Below are positions 28,836 to 38,755 of a DNA stretch of 64,000 nucleotides, in pieces; positions within the stretch are counted from its first letter, which is position 1; each line of letters opens with the position of its first letter. Source of the stretch: Callorhinchus milii (lineage: Eukaryota); the NCBI RefSeq assembly GCF_018977255.1, contig NW_024704743.1:15998001-16062000 (forward strand), given 5' to 3'. The translations under genes were made by a program, and so were the position numbers. The notes beneath the pieces are model-generated. The model was given only the letters and a program-made list of their open reading frames with translations. It was not told the origin of the DNA and did no database searches.

Positions 28836-29150
28836 GGAGTCCTGTAGCTCAGTGGTTAGAGCTCTCGCTTTGCAAGCGAGAGATCTGAGTTCAATTCCAG
28901 GCAGGGCGAAACCTTGGGCAAGTTTCCTTACTCCACACGCCTAATAATCCCTCCAAAACAAAAAACAATAATAAATTGGTCATTTTCAATCTACGACTGT
29001 TTGTGGGACATCGCTGTGCGCAATTGGCTGCCGCGTTCGCCCACAATATACAGTCAATTCACTTTACAGTCTATTCTGTGAAGCGCTTTGGGACGTCCTC
29101 CCGACGTGAAAAGCGCTATATCAAATGCAAGGATTATTATTATTATTATT
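28836..29150 (+). mobile_element. tRNA-derived SINE with L2-like 3' end
   Basis: Head ggagtcctgtagctcagtggttagagc...gagttcaattcc (Pol III A/B boxes); 3' gggacgtcctcccgacgtgaaaagcgctata shared with L2; (ATT)n tail. Confidence 0.9.
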
Positions 29151-30341
29151 ATTAACTATAGTATAGTTATTGTGACTATAGCTGCTGTTATTAACTATAT
29201 TATAGCTGTTGCTGTAGCTGTTATTATTAACTATATTATAGCTTTAGTTGTTGTTATTAACTATATTATAGCTGTTGGCTGCAGTTGTTATTATTAACTA
29301 TATTATAGTTTTTGTGACTGTAGCTGTTATTATTAACTATATTATAGCTGTTGGCTGCAGTTGTTATTATTAACTATATTATAGTTATTGTGACTGTAGC
29401 TGTTTTTAACTATATTATAGCTGTAGTTGTTGTTATTAACTATATTATAGCGGTAGTTGTTGTTATTAACTATATTATAGTGGTAGTTGTTGTTATTAAC
29501 TATATTATAGCTGTAACTGTAGCTGTTATTATTAACTATATTATAGCTGTAGCTGTTATTATTGCTGTTATTAGCTGTGGCTGTTGTTGTTATTATTAAC
29601 TATATTATTAGCTGTGGCTGTTATTATTATTGTTATTAGCTGTAGCTGTTGTTATTATTGTTGTTGTTATTAGCTGTGGCTGTTGTTATTATTGTTGTTG
29701 TTATTAGCTGTGGCTGTTGTTATTATTGTTGTTGTTATTAGCTGTGGCTGTTGTTATTATTGCTGTTGTTATTAGCTGTGGCTGTTGTTATTATTGTTAT
29801 CAGCTGTGGCTTTTATTATTATTGTTAGCTGTAGCTGTTGTTATTAACTATATTATTAGCTGTGGCTGTTATTATTATTATTAGCTGTTATTATTATTAG
29901 CTGTGGTTGTTATTACTATTATTGCTCTTATTAGCTGTAGCTGTTATAATTATTATTTGTAGCTGTTATTAGCTGTGGCTGTTATTATTATTGGTGTTAT
30001 TAGCTGTGGCTGTTATTATTATTGTTGTTATTAGCTGTAGCTGTTATTATTATTAGCTGTGGCTGTTATTATTATTGTTGTTATTAGCTGTGGCTGTTAT
30101 TATTATTGTTATTAGCTGTAGCTGTTATTATTATTAGCTGTGGCTGTTATTATTATTGTTGTTATTAGCTGTAGCTGTTATTATTATTAGCTGTGGCTGT
30201 TATTATTATTGTTGTTATTAGCTGTGGCTGTTATTATTATTGTTATTAGCTGTAGCTGTTATTATTATTATTGCTGTTATTAGCTGTGGCTGTTGTTGTT
30301 TTTGTTGCTGTTATCAGCTGTTGTTGTTATTGTGTTATTAG

Positions 30342-31100
30342 CCGCCAGACTACGGCACTACCTCACCCCTCACGCGGCTGCAACTCTGATCCACGCCTTT
30401 ATCACCTCAAGGCTGGACTATGGGAACTCTCTCCTCGCCGGCCTTCCCGCCACCTCCCTCCACAAGCTGCAGGTCATTCAGAACTCTGCAGCTCGTGTAC
30501 TGCCCCGCACCAGGCTTCCGGACCACATCACTCCCACCCTCGCTCGCCTCCACTGGCTCCCCATCCCCCAGAGGATCGAATTCAAGATCCTCATCCTCAC
30601 CTACAAGGCCATTCACGGCCTTGCTCCCTCCTACCTCTCCGACCTACTATCCCCCTACCTACCTGCCCATACCCTCCGTTCCTCTGGCTCCGGTCTGCTC
30701 CACATCCCCCGCCCCAACCGCCCTACCATCGGTGGCCGAGCCTTCAGCCTCTCAGCCCCCAGGCTCTGGAACTCTATCCCCCAGTGCCTTCGCCGCGTCC
30801 TCCCTTTCCTCCTTCAAGGCCGGTCTCAAGACCTTTCTCTTTGACCGTGCCTTCAGCTCACCTCTCGACTCTCTACCCCCTCCTCGCTCCCTCCCTTCCC
30901 TCCCCTCACCCTGACCATTTCCCCCCTCCTCGCTCCCTCCCTTCCCTCACCCTGACCATTTCCCCCCTCCTCGCTCCCTCCCTCCCTCCCCTCACCCTGA
31001 CCATTTCCCCACTGCTCGGGTCCTGACCCAACTGTACAGCGCCTTGGGACATCCTCCTGACGTGAAAGGTGCTCTATAAACGCAATCTTGTTGTTGTTGC
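30342..31100 (+). mobile_element. Young L2 LINE 3' fragment (subfamily A) with a triplicated ~40-45-bp segment in its 3' UTR
   Basis: [14 protein letters not shown]...[19 protein letters not shown]; ccccctcctcgctccctccc...caccctgaccattt repeated 3x at ~30876-31010. Confidence 0.95.
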
Positions 31101-31145
31101 TGTTATCAGTTGTTGTTGTTGTTATTGGCTGTTGTTGTTATTGTT

Positions 31146-31305
31146 GCTGTCGCTGTGACAGACTGACGCCGCCCCCGGTCCCGGCGCTGTCGCTGTGACA
31201 GACTGACGCCGCCCCCGGTCCCGGCGCTGTGGCTGTGACAGACTGACGCCGCCCCCGGTCCCGGCGCTGTGGCTGTGACAGACTGACGCCGCCCCCGGTC
31301 CCGGC
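31146..31305. repeat. 40-bp GC-rich VNTR, 4 copies
   Basis: gctgt(c/g)gctgtgacagactgacgccgcccccggtcccggc x4; copies 1-2 differ from copies 3-4 at one base. Confidence 0.95.
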
Positions 31306-31378
31306 GCTGACTGGAGGCCGCGGTTCTTCGGCTTTTTTTTCTCTCCCCGTGAACACGCGGCGCCCGCGCGGCCTCTAC

Positions 31379-31496
31379 CTGACGGCTGAGCACCGCTGAG
31401 CGGCCTCCGGCTGCCCCGCGCCGCCGCCGCCGCCGCCGCTCCCCACCGCCACCGTGAGAAGCTCAGCAGCCGCGTCAGCGCCGACCAGCGCCGCAT
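31379..31496 (-). CDS. SUGCT: First coding exon with mitochondrial-type presequence, probably succinyl-CoA:glutarate CoA-transferase
   Basis: ATG in a CpG island; MRRWSALTRLLSFSRWRWGAAAAAAARGSRRPLSGAQPS is Arg-rich with no acidic residues; TCAG/gtagag phase-1 donor. Gene identity rests on the mammalian order CDK13-(MPLKIP)-SUGCT with CDK13 and SUGCT co-oriented. No downstream exons recognised in the window. Confidence 0.65.
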
Positions 31497-33824
31497 CCTG
31501 ACTCCCCGCCGCCGGAAGTGACATCCCCGCCGGAAGCGCATCGACCCGACCACCTCGCGCCGCCTGTCAATCATGGTCATGTCATCCTGAACTTGAGACT
31601 GTGGCGCCACCCAGTGGCGGTGTCGTGTCACTATCGCCTCTCAGGCTCAGGCTCTGCTTCACCCAAGAGTAATGATCATCATCATCATCATCCTCCTCCT
31701 CACCTTTGCCACAGCCCCTTCCCACATAAATGCAGCCGCCGATTTATGCCCAACGATGCCCCACCAACAGCCATGGAGTGACCGACCGGTCTTACTGGTA
31801 TGAGTGTTGGCCAGGAAGGACAACAACAACAACAACTTGCATTTAATACCGCACCCATCTCACGCAGCGTAGCGTCCAGAGAACCTCCCGTTACTTTTGG
31901 CACAGTTGCCACGGGATCTTTAACGTCTATCGCACCGGGCAAGTAGGACCTCAGTTTAACGTCTCATGCAAAAAAAAAACAACAACAACAACAACACCGC
32001 AGCATGCGGAGTCGGTCCTGCAGCCTTGTGGTTGGAGCGCGCGCCTGGTTTGATTCCTCGGCAGCGAAAAACGGTGGACAAGTTTCCGTATTCCACATGC
32101 CTCTGTTTCTCCAGCAGTGTGTGGGAACCTGGTTGTTAAGTCGATTGGCTGATCGCTTTTCCAGGAGTAATAATACCTTAAAAAAAGAATAATATGGACA
32201 CTCAATCCACGACTGTTTGTGGGACACCGATATGCACAATTGGCTGCCATGTTTCACCCACATAATCGTCAGTTCACTTTATTCTGTGAAGCGCTTTGAG
32301 ACGTCTCAAAGACATGATAAGGCGCTATACCACAATGCAAGGATTATTATTATTTATGACTCCCAAGCACTGCAGATTTTATTGGATTTTAGACGACCTA
32401 TACAGTTAGCCTGTAACTCAGACTTCACGTATGTCATCGGAAAGGTTATTGTCCCGACCGATCCAAGTTTTACTGTATTCCTAAAGTGGCTCATTGCAAA
32501 TTCTTGAAAGCCAGAAAAGTGCTGGAGAACAAAAAGTACAACGTGTTTTATGCATAGCGCTGGTATTTAAAGAAATTAATGAACAATGGACATGTGGAGC
32601 TTAAAATGTTAAGGGAAATGTCAAATGTTGTTCTCAAACATTCCTTACTGGTGTACATTAATCCTTTAACAATTGATTTTTCAGTTTGTGTAAAAACTAA
32701 CTTCAATAGTAACCAAGGTGGAACATATTCCAGGACACATTTACACTCGAGCAATCATCTATTTAGTACATTATGGGTCAACAATGTATTATTTACTGCT
32801 GCTGGTAGTCAGCTCTTCATCCTCAAATGGTTTCATGTGGAATTACCCTTTGGTCTGTTTACAGGGAGAGAATCAGATGTAAATCAGATCTTTTTTCCAC
32901 AATCAATGGTTTACAACAAATTGCAGTTATATAGCACCTTTCACATAACAGAATATTTTACACCACAAATACACCAAACGGGGAAATCAGATTTATGTCT
33001 AGTGACCAAATAGCACAAACGAAATTAAGTAAATCTATTTTTAGATACTTGAAGTGATTACAAGGCAAAGTGGTTTTGGAAAGAGTTCCAAATATTAGGA
33101 CGCTGTGACTTGATTTTCACTGTTCATATAACATTTCTACAATATTTTGACTAAGCCAAATGTGTTGTTAATTGCAACTTCTGTCTGATTATTCGATTCA
33201 CAAATTGTGAATCAAAATCTCAAGTTGGCAAAGTTCAAAAACATTCAGGGAAGCAAAAGTCAATATTTTCAGAGTTTGCCAATTTACAAAGATTTTCCAC
33301 TTGCCACAAATTAGCAATATATTTGCAAACCGGAAGTTATTTAATACAATGAATCAGATTTGCTCACAGTTCTGACTACATTAATACAAGATTTTCAGCA
33401 GGTATCTGGGGGAAAAAAAGTGGGACTACCTTTTCTTGATCGACAAGCAGCAGATGATCAATGAACATTTTTGCTGCATCACAATAATGAAGTAGAAAAG
33501 GCAATCTTGCCTAGATGTGTCGGAAATTCACATAACCCGGTATTAGATCAAAAAAGTCTTATACATTCATCTCGTCCTACATCATGGGTAACTATGGTCA
33601 TCTATCTTCTTATGGTACATAGAAAAGATGATAAACATAAAGGAGAATGGAGGGCAGAAAATGAAAACTATTTGCTGTCAATGGAATATTTATTTGAACT
33701 CTTTTATTTTGTATTTCAGCAGTATTAGCCTGTAGGCGACTAGCCTCAGAATTCAGTAGCCTGGGGAAGAAGGAGGTGTACTTTTCTGACAACCTGAAGT
33801 ACTATACACAAGACAGGGGTTCTG

Positions 33825-36333
33825 CAGAAATTAATCTCCATCTTTATTTACAGATCCATACAAAATTACAATGCCAGAATTCAATTTAACAAATTACATG
33901 AAACTTTTTGAAAAGGCCATAGTATTCATAGAACATATTACAGTATAAATATCTTTTCTTTTTTTGTACGTGGAGATGAAGTAGGCCAACAAAAAACATC
34001 TCTGAATTTGAAAATAAACACAATAAACACAACTGATTTAGGCTGGGAAGGTGAGCATTTTACACCTGGGTTTTCACTGAAATATGAACATGCCCATTTA
34101 TCCCAAGTGTATTGTAATTTTGGAATGATTTCTATTCTGTACCTTTTGTGCATGTGAGACAAAAGTACAGGACTCAATTTGCACATGTGTAACAGTAATG
34201 GCTACTGTACAGGACAGCAATATTTAATCACAATAAATATATCCAGTATTGGCTGGGCACCTGAGATCTTTATTATATGCATTAAAGGCAATAGTGCGGG
34301 CACAGGAAATAGAGCAGCAACACTGAAACTCAAAATGTCCATTTGTTTTAAACAAGATTTTGAACTGAATATTGAACTGCAACTCCAAATTGAACTGGAT
34401 TTATCTGCCAGTGAAAAAGACCTAATAAAAATGTACTCAACTTTACAAGGAATCTCTATCACCAATTGTCTCAACACACATTACGCCTTCCAGTCCCCTT
34501 CCCCCATCAAGTGCAACATCCTTTAATATTTTGAAATTGCAGTGAAAATCAACATGGGTATGATTTTATGTTTGCCTGTAAGATCCACAAATGGTTGGAA
34601 ACCATTATGATTTATCTAGTTATTTTTAAGCCACAACAAGTTATGCTTGCTTTGTAACACATCAAGTGATATTTTCAGCAAGGTTATTAATGTGACAAAA
34701 AAATCACTGGTTTATTTGGGACCTTTTTTTTAAGGGTGAAACAAGTGTAAAATATCAGTGTTTAAAGTCTAACAGAATATTGCAACACATTACACTAAAA
34801 TGCAGTGTTCAATGTTATATAACCTGATGGTAGAAATTATGCATTGAACATTACAATGTAAAGCAGACCTGTGCAATTCATCTTGATCATGTGCTGGCCT
34901 AAAATGTACCAATCTCTGTGGATGCCTTATACTCTCATGTAAATCATATAACCCACCCACCCCACCCCATCCTGAGAATTCAACTAATTTGGGCCACTTT
35001 TTAACTATGTGATGGAGCTTGGGTTGCAATTCATATTGCTGTAATAATTGCAAAAACGGTTCTAATTCTCTTTCCTGCTCCTTTAGAGCAAAACAAAAAA
35101 TGAAAATGACAATAATTCTTAAGATTCCGAGAATGTTAAAGATATGCCATAACTATTGCCCACTATACTCAGTCAGCTTTTTCATTATGGTTTGCCTCCG
35201 ATTACATTGATGACATTGAATTATTTAATGGATAATTCTAAAAGAACTGCAAGGCAGTAAGAAGGCATTACAAAGAAGAATAAAACTCGAGTAAATCGAA
35301 GACTGAATAACTGCCCTGCAACACTCTTAGAGGCAGTGGTAATATTTTTTGTTTCAACCATTGCAGACAAAGGACAACATCCAACGTATGATGCCAAATT
35401 CACCAAATTGTACACATCCCAGTCACCCTGTTTCCAAATCTAGCTTAAACCCACTCAATTTTTTTTCAATAACAAAACTCATTATTTCAGTTTATTTCAA
35501 AAAACAGGTAGAATTAAACTAGCCAAATAAATGATTACAAAGATTTATGACAAACACTGAAACAACCAGGTGTTTGCTACATTTTTATATTTCTTTGTTT
35601 TTTTTAGTAAGAATTGTCTGATAAAAATACAAAACAAGGCAACAGTTTCAGTTTGCATGTATTTTACTCAAATCTTCTAATTTGACTTAAAAAAATGACC
35701 AAATACTTGCGGTCTCCATTTTATAAATCAGGTAAACCACACTGATGTTTTTAGTTCAGGTACAATGTGGATACTCACATTTCCTGTTATAACATCACAC
35801 TTAAGATCTGACAGTTAGTTATCTGCCAATAGTCGTAAGAAAAAAATAAAAAAGCACACTACCTAAGAGCCTTGCAAAACTCAGCAGCTCACAGAAGACA
35901 GTTGGTCCAAACCTATAAAATTGTTTAATGTAGACATATGGCTAACCTTGTTATGGTTTCGTCACCGTTCAGCAACAAATGCCTCAATAGTTGATCAGCC
36001 TAGAAATGCTGTTCATCTCCGAGCTGCTATAATAGACACAGGCATAACCTGTCAAACGGGAAATGATGCACAATCAAAATATAATTTTAAAAAATCTGAA
36101 TTGTAGAAACAAGGACAAGGAAAAGAACAGCTCAGAAGCCAAGAGTTTTCTTTGTTGCTTCCCTACATGTAATTGAATATGCTTCAACCTGCCAAATTTA
36201 GTAACTTCTGCATTTGTATTCAAACGTACAGCATACATTAAAAAATCCCTGGTACAAACCACAACTATACAGAGGACAACCCAGTTGTTTATCAGTGTAT
36301 CATTCCGGTGTGCTATATAGGTCTGGTTTATAA
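33825..36333 (-). other. CDK13: Probable CDK13 3' UTR (~2.5 kb)
   Basis: AU-rich with no recognisable transposons. Minus-strand AATAAA at 35491-35496, 34711-34716 and 33843-33848. The 3' end is inferred from the last signal. Confidence 0.65.
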
Positions 36334-37214
36334 TTAGTATGGTAAACCTCTGCCTCTTCCTCCTATGTTTGATGTGTTAATACGTCCACTGTAGGCGTGA
36401 GAATAACCTGCTCCATGTCCAGGGGATCCCCAACTCTGTCCATGAATAGGGCCACTGGAGGCTAGGTTTTCCTGTCTGTTGGCAACATAGCCATAATTCT
36501 GCAGTTTTGTGGCAAGAGGCACATTTGCACTATTAGTACTTTCAGGTACTGCTGATGGATTACTTCCAGTGTTTCCTAGAGGGGGTAGAACACTACGGCT
36601 GTAATCAAATCTGTGGTCTTTATCACCTGTAAACTGCATGGTGCTGTTGAGGTAACCAATCCCTTCTCCATACCCAGTCACTGAGCTACAAAAGGTATCC
36701 GAATAGCCAGAAGGCTGGTGTGCACCACTACCATGAGATGAAGAAGCGCCAAATGCAGACGACACATTATCCAGAAGTGAGTGAGTGGGGGCATCTGGTC
36801 TGCCCAGAAAAGTTCCCATTCCACTACTGCCACCAAGTCTGTTGCCATAACTATCACTATTGTAATTACTAGATGAATAAGATGTTCCAAATCCATCGCC
36901 ATACTCTGCAGCAGTTCGAATTTTACCACCCGGTCGGTAGTCAGCAGTAGTCCGTCCTTGGCCCTGTTCCTGGGCTTGGTGATGAGCTAAAAGCTCCAAT
37001 AGTGCTGCCTTCACACCTGCAGCAGGATCACCCGCAGTACCAGGGCTGGCACTGCGCTGTGCTTCATTCTGAAAGTTTGAGACTGCTGAAGTAGGTGGTG
37101 GTTCTGGTGGCTCTGGAGGTCTCTGATCTGGAGGCAGGATTCGGGGGTGTTCAGGTGCAGAGGGTGGGTCTGGAACACTACGATCCAACTGACCAGAAGC
37201 ATCAATGTTAAAAT
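36334..37214 (-). CDS. CDK13: CDK13 terminal coding exon 14
   Basis: tgtttcag acceptor in frame with ORF 36334..37188; RILPPDQRPPEPPEPPP, AGVKAALLELLA, GDKDHRFDY and C-terminal GRGRGLPY-stop. Confidence 0.93.
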
Positions 37215-38266
37215 CTGAAACAAACGTATACTGAAATTTAACACTTTAAATCTTTCATTTTCACCACAGCTCTTCAAAAAATATATAAAAGGAGGTATGC
37301 TCTCTCTTCCTTTGGCATATATCATTGCTGCAATGCCCACCCTCAGCCAGAGGCAGGTAACTGACTAGCTACAAGGCTTCAATAAGCCTGCTCTGAACTG
37401 ATTATAGCAAAATGAGAACAGGAGGAGGCCATTCAGCACATCAAGCCTGTTTTACCAGTTTATTAGATCTTGGTTTTAATCCCAATGTCTTAGTGATGAC
37501 TCATCAGATTGAGCTAAAAGAATGTAGTTTCAATCCAAATTATGCCAATCCATGAAGATCGAATGCCGTGTGCAGTGGGAATGAATTTATTGCAGATTTG
37601 TACAGATTCACACAAAACTGAAATGTGATTAGCTTTACTTTACAGCAAACACATTTACCACCAATTACGTTTTCAGAGTCCAATAAACATTTCTTTAATG
37701 GAAGTGTGAATTATGAGCTCAGTTAAACAAAAAATATTTAAGTACAGTTTGCTACCAATAATTACAAATTAAGCACCCCAAGGCACTATCCCGCATGAAG
37801 GGCAGATTGTTGAATGTAAATTCACTACAAGTGCTCATAAGGGTGGTAAAATGACAGTGTGGAGTCATAAAGACCAGGAAGTGTCCAGGACAATCTTTAG
37901 TATGTGCTGATGTAACTGCTCGCAACCATGAAAAGGTGGAGGTACTATTGCACAAGACTATTGCACTGACGCGAAAGTGAATACAAATTGGCTAGTATTC
38001 CCACCACGATTGCTTTCTCATGACTCAGTTTAAAAGTGCATGTACGTGAATGTTAGTGGGGGTCCCCACTCATACCCAGCAAAGGGGAGGGGGAAGAGAA
38101 GAAGACAGGAGGAATCCGATCTATTAAGAAATTTTAACTCATACAACAAACAAATCAAAGTTCACAATGTGAAAAGTACTTGTAACTGTTATATAATTAT
38201 TATCCAAATGCTTCAGTTAAATAATTTCTAGAACTTTTTTGTGAAATGCACTGCATTGCAACATAC

Positions 38267-38755
38267 CAGATATAGTAGGGGCAGGTTCAAGTGGTTCCGG
38301 AGGCTGAACAGGTACCTCAACATCCGTCACAGCACTTTCTTTCTCTGGGACAGGTTCCTTTCCTTGTGGTTGCTGTTTCTTGATTAGCTGAGTCAGTAAC
38401 ACAGCAAGTGCGCTCTGGATGGTTGCTTGAGCGGTCTCAGGCTCAATCTTTGTCTGCGGCGGCTGGACTGCAGGAGGGAGCGGAGGCGGTGGTGGGGGTG
38501 GTGGTGGCTGCGCTGGCACAGAAGGAGTGACGAGTTGTGATTTCGGGACCTCTTTTTGTTGCTGCTGCTTGGCAGCGGCTGCCAGAACCCCAACTGGGAG
38601 GCTAACTGTGCTGAGTTGCTGCTGAGTCTCAGGATTCATTTTAATATTAAGTACTTGAGCAAGGTGGTCCAGACTAAGACTATTCTTAGATTGAAGCAGG
38701 TTGATCAGAATAGCCAGGTCATTCTGGTTCAGTGGCTGTCCAGTGCCTTTACCGC
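38267..38755 (-). CDS. CDK13: CDK13 exon 13 (489 nt), Pro/Gln-rich region
   Basis: GKGTGQPLNQNDLAILINLLQSK...VLNIKMNPETQQQL...AQATIQSALAVLLTQLIKKQQ; ctgcag/gtatgt boundaries; phase 1 at both ends. Confidence 0.9.

Larger units (their letters stand above)
26200..30341. repeat. AT-rich TAGCTGT-based satellite field interrupted by an L2 and a SINE
   Basis: 27-bp monomer with 54-bp dimer at ~26335-26620; tagctgttattattaactatatta variants at 28340-28600 and 29150-29600; tagctgtggctgttattatt variants at 29570-30340. Confidence 0.92.
31140..31630. promoter_or_regulatory. CpG island promoter with tandem ETS/GABP motifs
   Basis: The most CpG-dense non-transposon segment of the window; CCGGAAGTG at 31512-31520, CCGGAAG at 31530-31536; GC boxes; (GCC)n run. 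Confidence 0.85.

Noticed and set aside
28836..28910. tRNA-like sequence with a TGC anticodon-like loop
   Set aside because: It runs directly into a SINE body and tail and recurs as many diverged copies; it is a SINE head, not a tRNA gene.
31146..31305. CRISPR-like regular repeats
   Set aside because: Head-to-tail units with no spacers, in a vertebrate context; it is a VNTR.
31122..31631. 169-aa minus-strand ORF as a single-exon gene, including upstream in-frame ATGs such as 31541
   Set aside because: It reads through a good donor at 31379 into the VNTR. Long open frames are expected in GC-rich DNA, and the upstream ATGs lie across the ETS sites, probably 5' of the transcription start.
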